A program made the position numbers and the translations under genes. From a virus, in IMG/VR virus record IMGVR_UViG_3300014946_000127: a stretch of 64,000 nt of DNA. One strand, given 5' to 3'. The notes beneath the pieces are model-generated. The model had not been told where the DNA came from. It searched no databases and was given only the letters and a program-made list of their open reading frames with translations. Of this stretch, positions 56,587-64,000 are shown in pieces (positions within the stretch are counted from its first letter, which is position 1; each line of letters starts with the position of its first letter).

Positions 56587-56692
56587 TACCACCTAAAACA
56601 CTTATGGCTAATTTCTCCCCGCAGTTCCTTTCTCCGTATGGTGCTCGACCACGTACCCGGCTCGGCTTGCGGGGAATGTCTCACATTATGTC

Positions 56693-57523
56693 TTATTTTA
56701 TGAATTTATTCATGTCGAATATCATTGAACCACCACCGGTAACTGTCGGTAGATTCCCGTTCCACTTCTCTATCATATTCTGCTGTATTATCAGAGTGGA
56801 TAAAGAGGCTGATATTTTTCGGTTATATTCAGCCTCGGCATCTCCTTTTATTTTCAATGCGTCTGCCTGTCCTTTCGCTTCGGCAACCTTTTTCTTTGCC
56901 GCTGCTTCTACTGCTTTTACTTCATTTTCTATTTTCAAAGCATCTTGTACAGCCTTGTTTTTGGCATCTATGGCGGCAACCAAACTCGGTGGATATTGTA
57001 AGCCGGATGTCATTTGTTCGAGCTGGAAATTCTCTGCGAGCAACTCTTTGGACAGTCTGTCTTCTATGGCCTTCTCAAACTCTTCCCGTTTGCTGACCAG
57101 CTCGTCGGTAGTATAGGCATTTAACTGTATTCGAAATGCGTTCTTTACATAGTTATATAGGGTCGTATTGATTATGTCGTCTAAATTGTCTTTTCTATAT
57201 TTCACGAATACTTGTGCGGCTTTTCCGTCTACTATCTTCAAGGAAATGGTCGGATCGACAGAAAATGATGAACCGTCTTTGGCATTGATAGTGAACGGTT
57301 CATAATCTACTGTCTGGACAAATGTAGGATATTCATAAACAGCTGTGGTTATCGGATTATACCATACTGCACCGGTAACCAATGCTACATTGTCAACGCC
57401 TTTGGAATCTCCATAAAGATTGACTTTAATGCCTTCGTATCCGGCATCTACTCGCTCGTAACAAGAGGTCATCGACATCGATGTGAAAACGGCTATCAAG
57501 CCGATAATGAATTTACTTTTCAT
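56693..57523 (-). CDS. SPFH/Band-7 (prohibitin/HflKC-like) domain lipoprotein
   Basis: 276 aa. Signal peptide + lipobox MKSKFIIGLIAVFTSMSMTSC. SPFH-like core followed by an Ala/Lys-rich coiled coil (AVEAAAKKKVAEAKGQADALKIKGDAEAEY). Confidence 0.65.
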   Translation of the reverse strand: MKSKFIIGLIAVFTSMSMTSCYERVDAGYEGIKVNLYGDSKGVDNVALVTGAVWYNPITTAVYEYPTFVQTVDYEPFTINAKDGSSFSVDPTISLKIVDGKAAQVFVKYRKDNLDDIINTTLYNYVKNAFRIQLNAYTTDELVSKREEFEKAIEDRLSKELLAENFQLEQMTSGLQYPPSLVAAIDAKNKAVQDALKIENEVKAVEAAAKKKVAEAKGQADALKIKGDAEAEYNRKISASLSTLIIQQNMIEKWNGNLPTVTGGGSMIFDMNKFIK

Positions 57524-57707
57524 GTTTCTTTTTTAATTTGATTGATGTTAAACAATTGGTCTTTATTGAAATGGATAGTATGAAGCAAAAGAGGATACAA
57601 CCTAATATGTTTTCTACTGTGCTAGGAGTAGAAATCATTGTCAATGACGCTGTGATACCGGCCATGAATAGTATGAACCAAATAAATATAGTTATGATCG
57701 TTCTCAT
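57513..57707 (-). CDS. Small membrane protein (two TM segments; NfeD-like partner?)
   Basis: 64 aa. IITIFIWFILFMAGITASLTMI and ILGCILFCFILSI. Overlaps the SPFH gene start. Confidence 0.4.
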   Translation of the reverse strand: MRTIITIFIWFILFMAGITASLTMISTPSTVENILGCILFCFILSISIKTNCLTSIKLKKKHEK

Positions 57708-58105
57708 TATATCAGGTCTATGATTTTGGTTTTCACAATTCCGTCCAGCCGCATGTCGTTAAGACCTTGTCTCATGTGTTCTTGCATAAGGCGGTTGGCT
57801 TCGGTGATGTCTTTGGCGCAAACGAGGTTGTAGTACTTCGTTTCCTTTTCATTGCCGTTGTCATCGATGAATATGTCTATCAACGTGGCTTTGTAGAAGG
57901 GCTTGTCTTCTTCCTTCTCGTTGACTATCTCGACAACTTTCGAGCGGGTGATAGAGATTACATCGCAATTTCCGTTGTACTGTTCAAGTCCTTTTTTCTC
58001 GGCCTCGGCGAACAGTACTACATCGGTGATGAAGTGTTCGATGACTTCTTTCATCTCTCCTTTGCTGTTCTCTTTTTCTACTTTCAGTTTGATTTCGTAA
58101 AACAT
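57707..58105 (-). CDS. Hypothetical protein
   Basis: 132-aa ORF. Confidence 0.4.
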   Translation of the reverse strand: MFYEIKLKVEKENSKGEMKEVIEHFITDVVLFAEAEKKGLEQYNGNCDVISITRSKVVEIVNEKEEDKPFYKATLIDIFIDDNGNEKETKYYNLVCAKDITEANRLMQEHMRQGLNDMRLDGIVKTKIIDLI

Positions 58106-58122
58106 AATGATTCGTATTTAAT

Positions 58123-58665
58123 CTATATTGATTTTAGCATAATGATTCCGATACTATCGCTGTCTTTGCTTTTAACGAGCAAAGATTTATTGCCTTCCGA
58201 AAGCTGCATATATGCGTACTCAAAATTGAATAGAGCTTTTTCGATCTTGGAGAAGAACGAAGGATCTATCCGTAACTTTGTGATTCCTTCTGTGCTCTCT
58301 TTTAGATGTTCTGAAATTACATTCTCCATTTCAGGGTATTTATAGACTTCGGAGAATGGGTATATAACTTTTTGATTGTCATACAATATACATTCAAACC
58401 CCATGTCCGTAACTTGTACCATATCGTAAGAGAGGATAGACTTGTAGGCTTTTGAGCCTATAAACTTGCCATCGAGCTTTTCTATTTCTTCATCGGTGAA
58501 TGTGGAACATTCGGATAGCTTGTTTTTTACCAAGATATGTGTATCGCATGCATAAGCGCAACCATCTTTAAAATGGATATATGAAAATACAGGCCTGAAT
58601 GAATCATTATCGCATGCCAAGTCCATTCTTAGTCCTCTGTTGAAATTATGTCTGCGTTTCATCAT
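58123..58665 (-). CDS. Hypothetical protein
   Basis: 180-aa ORF. Confidence 0.4.
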   Translation of the reverse strand: MMKRRHNFNRGLRMDLACDNDSFRPVFSYIHFKDGCAYACDTHILVKNKLSECSTFTDEEIEKLDGKFIGSKAYKSILSYDMVQVTDMGFECILYDNQKVIYPFSEVYKYPEMENVISEHLKESTEGITKLRIDPSFFSKIEKALFNFEYAYMQLSEGNKSLLVKSKDSDSIGIIMLKSI

Positions 58666-58672
58666 TTAATTT

Positions 58673-59074
58673 TTATCGGTTAAAAACTTCTTTGAACTTG
58701 GGATTCCCTGCCGCAGAAAGGCGGACATCACAGTCGCTATCCTTTGCTAGTTCTGTGAGTGCCTCGACGGGCGTGTTGGGGTTTTCTGCCGCAGAAAGGC
58801 GGACATCACAGTCGCTGTCCTTTGCTAGCTCCGTAAGCACATCGGCGGGAGTACTGGGGTTTTCTGCCGCATTCCTGCGGACATACCAGTCGCTATCCTT
58901 TGCCAATTCAATCAATACTTCTAAGGGCATGTTGGGATTCCCTGCCGCATAACGGCGGACAATACAGTCGCTGTCCTTTGCCAGTTCTGTGAGTGCCTCG
59001 ACGGGCGTGTTGGGATTACATGCCACGCTACGGCGGACATCACAGTCGCTATTTAAGATCTCATTTTTGTCCAT
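58673..59074 (-). CDS. HEAT/LRV-type repeat protein
   Basis: 133 aa made of about 4.5 copies of a 30-aa unit (VRRxAAxNPNTPxEALTELAKDSDCD). The underlying ~90-bp DNA tandem repeats span 58690-59050. Confidence 0.55.
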   Translation of the reverse strand: MDKNEILNSDCDVRRSVACNPNTPVEALTELAKDSDCIVRRYAAGNPNMPLEVLIELAKDSDWYVRRNAAENPSTPADVLTELAKDSDCDVRLSAAENPNTPVEALTELAKDSDCDVRLSAAGNPKFKEVFNR

Positions 59075-59209
59075 TGTATTCCTTATTTAATTGTTTGACT
59101 TTATTTCTCATCAATCTTGCCAGCTCTTTATGCCGGTAGTCGTCGGACTTTTCCAACGCTTTTGCCGATCTTTCCAGCAGGCTAATGATTGACTGTATTT
59201 CATAGTCTT

Positions 59210-59932
59210 TCATGAATTGATTATTTCATTGACTAATTCATCGGCTTCGCATATCCTTTCGGCTATCTTCTTGAAGGTGTTATCATCGGGATATATCCGT
59301 CTGATAAACATGGAGGGTTTCTCGAACGGGTTATATACGATGAAATCGCACCAATCGGCTTCAACGCACATGAGTTCGGACATGATTTGGTAATAGTACT
59401 TAGGCTCCGTGGACAGGAGGGTATCGTTATCCTTTATCTTGTGGAAGTATTTGGCGTATGTGGCCGTTCCCACGCTTTTTATCTCGATTACCCCTTTTTC
59501 CCGCTTATTCTCATCGTAATAATATCCGTCGGGGCTGGCTGCGAAATGGGCAATGGTGGGGTGTTTGCATAGTCCTACCTCGACGACACGGCGGCCTGTT
59601 TTAAGTTCGTATATGCGCCGGGCATCGGGCTCGTTCTCCGTTCCCCATCGCATTTGCTTGGTCGATATGTCTGTCTGGGTGATATAGTCGGAGAAAAACC
59701 CATCGTCGTTTATCATAGCCGGGTTGAGCATGCGCTCTCCCGCTACTTGGTAAATATAGTTCATGGCGCATTCTCCGACCCCGTTGCCGCTCCGGTTCGT
59801 TTTCATCAGGTCGCCTATGCGGCTTCCCGTGAAACAACCGAGGCGTTTCCTGTACCATTCAAGAGTCCTTTGCGCTTCCATCGTCGAACAGTGTCTGTTT
59901 AGTTCCTTCCTGATTGATTCCCTCTTTGACAC
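59210..59932 (-). CDS. YqaJ-type viral recombination exonuclease (lambda-Exo-like)
   Basis: 240 aa. TLEWYRKRLGCFTGSRIGDLM matches the YqaJ N-terminal signature. Confidence 0.6.
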   Translation of the reverse strand: MSKRESIRKELNRHCSTMEAQRTLEWYRKRLGCFTGSRIGDLMKTNRSGNGVGECAMNYIYQVAGERMLNPAMINDDGFFSDYITQTDISTKQMRWGTENEPDARRIYELKTGRRVVEVGLCKHPTIAHFAASPDGYYYDENKREKGVIEIKSVGTATYAKYFHKIKDNDTLLSTEPKYYYQIMSELMCVEADWCDFIVYNPFEKPSMFIRRIYPDDNTFKKIAERICEADELVNEIINS

Positions 59933-60728
59933 CGGCTGCTTCTCCGGCTATTTCTTTGAATTTGCTGCTTTTCGTACCTCGGTATGGCTTCATAATCTCA
60001 TCTACCGTCGTATCTCCATCTTTGAGGGATTGATGAATACCGGAAAGAAGGGCAATCTCATTGCTTCGTATCTGGGTGATAGTCTGCTTGCCGCACAGTT
60101 TTATAATCTCCTCCTCGGTGATGTTGTACTCGTTCTTGAAGAATTCAATCCATTCTGCTTTTGCTTTTTTGAGTTTGTCTTCGTTTGACAGGTCGCCTGT
60201 TATAAAATTCTGCGCTGACCGATAGACTTTATCCGTTATGCTCTTGGGTATGACCGAAAAAACAGCATTTCGGTAGGCTATTGCGTTGGCCGCATTGCCG
60301 GTTACGGTTATCATGTCGTCGGAATACCGTTTGCCGTACTTGTCGATTATGGACCGTCGAACCTCGAATGCGCTTGCCACATTCGTTTCCAAATCCCACG
60401 CCGTACCCCGACTTATAATTTGACGATCGGTAATTTGTACGACTTTGGCCTCTGTACGCATGTTTCCCCAATTCGATACGATTATCTTGGCAAGATGGAC
60501 AGAAGGGCCGGTAATGGGTTTATTTCCCCGTGGAAGGGCATAACCGCAGGATTGAGCCGTCTCCTTGTCCATTGTCGCCATGACGATGGAGTTATCTATA
60601 CTCCGCCTAATGTCTCTCGGATATTGCTTGGCCGTGGCTACTTGCGAATCTACATTTGCCCGTTCGAGGGCGTCTATTTGCATGACTTGTGGCTGTGCTT
60701 GAACCTGTAATACTTCGTACTCTGACAT
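59859..60728 (-). CDS. Single-strand annealing protein candidate (RecT/Redbeta-like partner of YqaJ)
   Basis: 289 aa, directly upstream of and overlapping the exonuclease gene. Assignment by context only. Confidence 0.4.
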   Translation of the reverse strand: MSEYEVLQVQAQPQVMQIDALERANVDSQVATAKQYPRDIRRSIDNSIVMATMDKETAQSCGYALPRGNKPITGPSVHLAKIIVSNWGNMRTEAKVVQITDRQIISRGTAWDLETNVASAFEVRRSIIDKYGKRYSDDMITVTGNAANAIAYRNAVFSVIPKSITDKVYRSAQNFITGDLSNEDKLKKAKAEWIEFFKNEYNITEEEIIKLCGKQTITQIRSNEIALLSGIHQSLKDGDTTVDEIMKPYRGTKSSKFKEIAGEAAGVKEGINQEGTKQTLFDDGSAKDS

Positions 60729-60998
60729 ATTTTTTTGTTTAAAGGGTTATGTTTCTTTTATACACCGCATATCCTCCCGGACGGGCGGTGAATATGCTTG
60801 ATTTATATGGAACTATAATTTATTTCTTATCGGTTTGTTGTTGCCCTGCAAGAGCCATCGACGACAGTGCGAACAGGGATATGCTTATCACCAGTTGCCA
60901 AAGGTTGGCGTTGATGAGCGAAGCGACTACCCCGAATATCGAGGAAAGCATAAGCAGTATGGCGAGCAGGGTAAATAACTTGTAGAATATCATGACTG

Positions 60999-61601
60999 TT
61001 ATATTTGGAAATTACCGTTAAACTCAAATTCTTCATTTCCACATTCGTCGAATACGGTTACCGTGTATTCCGTATCGATGTAGCCACTGTCGGAACGTGG
61101 CGTTAAATAGTCGCCGTTGTCCCACTCCTTGTGATTGTATGCGTCGTAATGAATGCGGACGTCGGCGTTTTTGTCGATCAAATCTACTTCATAGTTTATA
61201 TCTCCGTCGAGATAATGACCGTCCATGTTTTCTCCTATATGGTCGTCAAGAAAACTTTCTACCTCGTCCTGTATGTTTTTTAGTTTCTGAATATCGGCTT
61301 TTACCATAGCGATAGCCGTTTTGTAGATGTCCGTGGCATCGCACATGAGGTCTTCCCGGTATCGACGAATGCTCTGCCAGTCTTTCGGGTCACAATCTTC
61401 GAGGTAGGATTTGGCTATTTCTTCCTCGTTCATCAATAGTATCTTGTTGGCGACCTCGTAATTTTCTACCCCGCCTCCCAGATAAAATTCCTTACATTTC
61501 AATTTGTAAGGGGAGTTGTCGTATTGGTCGTTGAAATCTTCCCTTACCTTGTCATATCGTTTCTCGATTGTTGACCGTGGGATAATACAGGTTGTGTTCA
61601 T
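60999..61601 (-). CDS. Hypothetical acidic protein
   Basis: 200-aa ORF. Confidence 0.4.
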   Translation of the reverse strand: MNTTCIIPRSTIEKRYDKVREDFNDQYDNSPYKLKCKEFYLGGGVENYEVANKILLMNEEEIAKSYLEDCDPKDWQSIRRYREDLMCDATDIYKTAIAMVKADIQKLKNIQDEVESFLDDHIGENMDGHYLDGDINYEVDLIDKNADVRIHYDAYNHKEWDNGDYLTPRSDSGYIDTEYTVTVFDECGNEEFEFNGNFQI

Positions 61602-61614
61602 GCTATTAAGGGGC

Positions 61615-61821
61615 TTATTTTATACAGGCGAATTTGATTACATCGTAAGCATTACAATACCATCTTCCGTTTTGTCTATCTGACGGTTTCTTCTCTGCAC
61701 GGATAGACCCATTCCCAACTAGTTCAAATAGTCGGTTTCGGCTTCCTACTATTTTTTCAGCTTCTCGTTGACTAAATGTTTTGTCGTTTAGTACAATCTT
61801 TAAAATGGCTTCATTTAACAT
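61615..61821 (-). CDS. Hypothetical small protein
   Basis: 68-aa ORF. Confidence 0.35.
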   Translation of the reverse strand: MLNEAILKIVLNDKTFSQREAEKIVGSRNRLFELVGNGSIRAEKKPSDRQNGRWYCNAYDVIKFACIK

Positions 61822-61823
61822 AG

Positions 61824-62444
61824 TTAATCATTAAAAAGGTTGTTATTGTGTGCATACTGGATAAATTCCGATTTCTCGTGAATACAAAGTTTTCTGTAAA
61901 CAGATTTGATATGATTTTTCACAGTATGAGGAGATAGGTATAAAGAATCAGCAATATCATCATTGCTCTTTCCATCATAGACAAGTTTCATAACTCTCAT
62001 TTCAGCATCGGATAAGCTGCTATTAAATTGAGGATTACAAATAATGTCTTCATATTTACATTCTCCTCTTAAAGGACATTGAACATGTTCAAAGTTTACT
62101 TTACCATTGTTATTTATGTCTTCGACAGTGCTATCAAGATTACCAAAATTGCATTTAGCAAAACGTCTAGCCATTAGATATTGATAATAAGGGACGTTTT
62201 TAGAGCTTTTTATATAACATTCTGATAGGGCATTATAAGCATTTGGATATTGTTCTCTGACAATAGAAAGAATTTCATTTATAATCTCTGTATCGTTTTC
62301 AGAAATTCTTTTATTTTTTTTGTCAGATGAAATACACCAAAGTTCATTTTCAAATATGTAAAACTCTAAATCTTTCATTGTTATGAATTTAATCCCAAAG
62401 GCGTTCTGGCGAAATACCAGTAATTTCTGATAATATTTGTACAT
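61824..62444 (-). CDS. LuxR/GerE-type HTH transcriptional regulator
   Basis: 206 aa. C-terminal AEMRVMKLVYDGKSNDDIADSLYLSPHTVKNHIKSVYRKL is a canonical LuxR-family HTH. Confidence 0.6.
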   Translation of the reverse strand: MYKYYQKLLVFRQNAFGIKFITMKDLEFYIFENELWCISSDKKNKRISENDTEIINEILSIVREQYPNAYNALSECYIKSSKNVPYYQYLMARRFAKCNFGNLDSTVEDINNNGKVNFEHVQCPLRGECKYEDIICNPQFNSSLSDAEMRVMKLVYDGKSNDDIADSLYLSPHTVKNHIKSVYRKLCIHEKSEFIQYAHNNNLFND

Positions 62445-62640
62445 GCTCTGGATTATTAGGCTTTATGCCATATTTAATCCAGTTATTGGCTGTGGTAAGA
62501 GTTACATTACATCTTTCGGCGATGGTGTTAATGAAATCTTTTTTGGGGTATGTCGGATCAGGTAAACTTTTGTAATAGCCTTTCAGTGTCATTATTTTAC
62601 TTTTAGGCTTTAATGTGTTTGTCTTATTGTCACTTTCCAT
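62389..62640 (-). CDS. Cro-like small HTH protein candidate
   Basis: 83 aa, divergent from the CI-like repressor gene. ...FINTIAERCNVTLTTANNWIKYG. Confidence 0.4.
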   Translation of the reverse strand: MESDNKTNTLKPKSKIMTLKGYYKSLPDPTYPKKDFINTIAERCNVTLTTANNWIKYGIKPNNPEHVQILSEITGISPERLWD

Positions 62641-62738
62641 TATATTTGTAATGTTTAATTGGTTTGGTATTGCAAATATAATAATATTATAGTAAAACTA
62701 TACTACTATTATAGTTAATAATTATAAAATGATATACT

Positions 62739-63497
62739 ATGATTATAGGAGAGCGGCTGAAGGGTTTTTTAAAATACCATAATATTTCTGCTAAATCATT
62801 TGCAGAAATGATAGGTGTAACAGAAGGAATGGTGTATAAATATTATAAAATGGATAATGTTGATAGCCAAACCATCGAAAAGTGGGCTAATATATTGCGT
62901 ATTCCTATTATGACATTTTTAGATGATAATACATACGAAAGGGCTACTCATAAAGCGACATCAGAAGATTTGGCAATGGGAAATGATAAAGATTATATTC
63001 ATTTTCAAAATAGAAGATTATTTGGCGATTTATCTGGAAAATCAAGAGAATTGATTGAAGACGAATTTGAAAAAATAAAACCTAAAATAAGTTACACTAT
63101 TGGTGTACCTTATTATAATGTGGACTTTATCGGAGGTTTTGATTTAGTTATGAATGACCAAACTATAAATCCAGAATATCTTATTAATTTCAAGAAATAC
63201 AACGAAGCTACATGTTGGTGCAATGTCACTGGACATTCAATGGAGCCCGAAATAACACATGGCGATATAATAGCTCTAAAGGAAATAGAGGATGCTTCTT
63301 TTCTACCTTATGGTGAGGTTTACGCTATTGTCACAACCAACAACATGAGAACTATAAAAAGGATAGGTCCTGCATCCAACCCAGATAGTTATTCTTTAAT
63401 TCCAACAAACAGATCTCCTGAATACGGAATACAAGAACTACCGAAAAATATGATAAGACATGTATTCCATGTACTCGGATGTATGAAGCGATTATAA
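62739..63497 (+). CDS. CI-like repressor (XRE HTH + LexA-like S24 peptidase domain)
   Basis: 252 aa. N-terminal HTH ERLKGFLKYHNISAKSFAEMIGVTEGMVYKYYKMD. C-terminal S24 motifs NVTGHSMEPEI (Ser) and MRTIKRI (Lys). Confidence 0.75.
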   Translation: MIIGERLKGFLKYHNISAKSFAEMIGVTEGMVYKYYKMDNVDSQTIEKWANILRIPIMTFLDDNTYERATHKATSEDLAMGNDKDYIHFQNRRLFGDLSGKSRELIEDEFEKIKPKISYTIGVPYYNVDFIGGFDLVMNDQTINPEYLINFKKYNEATCWCNVTGHSMEPEITHGDIIALKEIEDASFLPYGEVYAIVTTNNMRTIKRIGPASNPDSYSLIPTNRSPEYGIQELPKNMIRHVFHVLGCMKRL

Positions 63498-63545
63498 AAA
63501 CAAATATGTAATCATCTATGGATTTCAAAGACTAAAATTTGAGTC

Positions 63546-63800
63546 ATGAAAATTTCTAAAGAAGGAATCGCTATAACTAAACGTTTCTTTGAAGCTATTG
63601 ATATGCTCAAAGCACAGAAACGCATTCGTGGGCTTAAAACATTCACGAGGAAGCACAATATAACTCGTACCAATATAGCAAATGTGAGAAAAAATCCAGA
63701 CCGTAGTGTTTTGAAGCCCGAATGGATATATTATCTTGTTTATGATTATGGGGTTTCATTGGAATGGATAATATTCGGAGAGGGGTCTATGTTTGAATAA
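63546..63800 (+). CDS. Hypothetical small protein (possible DNA-binding)
   Basis: 84-aa ORF downstream of the repressor. Confidence 0.4.
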   Translation: MKISKEGIAITKRFFEAIDMLKAQKRIRGLKTFTRKHNITRTNIANVRKNPDRSVLKPEWIYYLVYDYGVSLEWIIFGEGSMFE

Positions 63801-63880
63801 ATATTCTAAAACTTGTCTTTTGATGGTGCGTAATCCTTTGCTTTTATCTGAAAATCAAATATTTATATATGTTTCTGAAA

Positions 63881-63927
63881 TCAGCTTCCCAAGCTGAGGG
63901 TCGCGAGTTCGAGTCTCGTTTGCCGCT
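63881..63927 (+). tRNA. 3' fragment (positions ~27-73) of a tRNA-Gly(CCC): candidate attachment-site core at the element's right end
   Basis: TCAGC-TTCCCAA-GCTGA-GGGTC-GCGAG-TTCGAGT-CTCGT-TTGCCGC-T. There is no matching 5' acceptor strand (GCGGCAA) or D-arm upstream. Confidence 0.55.
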
Positions 63928-63932
63928 CGATG

Positions 63933-63969
63933 AAAACGGTCTCTTGAACATTCAAGAGACCGTTTTTCG
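63933..63969 (+). terminator. Rho-independent terminator following the tRNA fragment
   Basis: AAAACGGTCTCTTGAAcatTTCAAGAGACCGTTTTTCG. Confidence 0.6.
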
Positions 63970-64000
63970 TTTCTGTTATTTCTTCATTCTCACTTCATAG

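Noticed and set aside
56857-57116. Plus-strand ORFs 56604..57116 and 56857..57096 opposite the SPFH gene
   Set aside because: Antisense to a well-supported lipoprotein gene, Ala/Ser/Leu-rich low-complexity translations.
1-64000. CRISPR array or diversity-generating retroelement
   Set aside because: No regularly spaced direct repeats with unique spacers. No ORF carrying reverse-transcriptase motifs (no YxDD-containing RT-like ORF), despite the presence of a large receptor-binding-type fibre gene.
1-64000. Integrase/recombinase and lysis cassette
   Set aside because: Looked for tyrosine-recombinase (R..HxxR..Y), serine-recombinase, lysozyme/amidase and holin-endolysin pairs. None recognisable among the ORFs. 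The small TM protein at 57513..57707 is more plausibly the SPFH partner than a holin. Absence is noted, not annotated.

Overview
The window is an AT-rich (~37-40% GC) tailed-phage genome, probably a Bacteroidales siphovirus-like prophage. It is coded almost entirely on the minus strand. No Shine-Dalgarno sequences are apparent, and repeated promoter modules carry the Bacteroidetes -7 motif TAnnTTTG. Gene order in coordinates: tail and host-recognition genes (0.6-8 kb: LRR-like adhesin; 1097-aa fibre with a C-terminal S74-type intramolecular chaperone); tape measure (8.1-12.2 kb); a plus-strand moron carrying an HsdR-N-like nuclease and a lipoprotein; a phage tRNA; the head module (major tail, connectors, major capsid, scaffold, RadC-JAB); TerL/TerS (21.2-23.1 kb); a ParB-like gene; an amidoligase/GNAT modification-type cluster (23.8-27.6 kb); a tRNA cluster with canonical and strongly aberrant tRNA-like genes (27.9-28.5 kb); about 5 kb of small early genes (YopX, DUF488); cargo genes (HTH+Fic, HigB/HigA-like TA pair, Bro-N/KilAC antirepressor); a small alarmone hydrolase beside a large MuF head-morphogenesis gene that carries an intein at the HPxCRC motif and a C-terminal RelA/SpoT-like (toxSAS-like) domain; portal; a second ParB-like gene; more small genes (Panacea-domain protein, ASCH, orphan MTase); a replisome organizer with internal iterons; a Rha/KilAC antirepressor; PAPS-reductase-like; RuvC-like; a second long tRNA-like RNA; an SPFH lipoprotein; a YqaJ exonuclease + SSAP recombination module; and a LuxR / Cro-like / CI(S24) switch. 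The right end (63881-63927) carries the 3' 47 nt of a tRNA-Gly(CCC) followed by a terminator, consistent with an attachment site. No integrase, lysin, DGR or CRISPR array was recognised in the window. The most unusual items are the MuF-intein-RelA/SpoT fusion with its adjacent HD hydrolase, the amidoligase/GNAT cluster next to noncanonical tRNA-like genes, a five-copy palindromic promoter/operator motif, and a ~250-bp structured insertion with terminal inverted repeats. All functional calls are motif-level inferences from reading the translations; no database search was possible.
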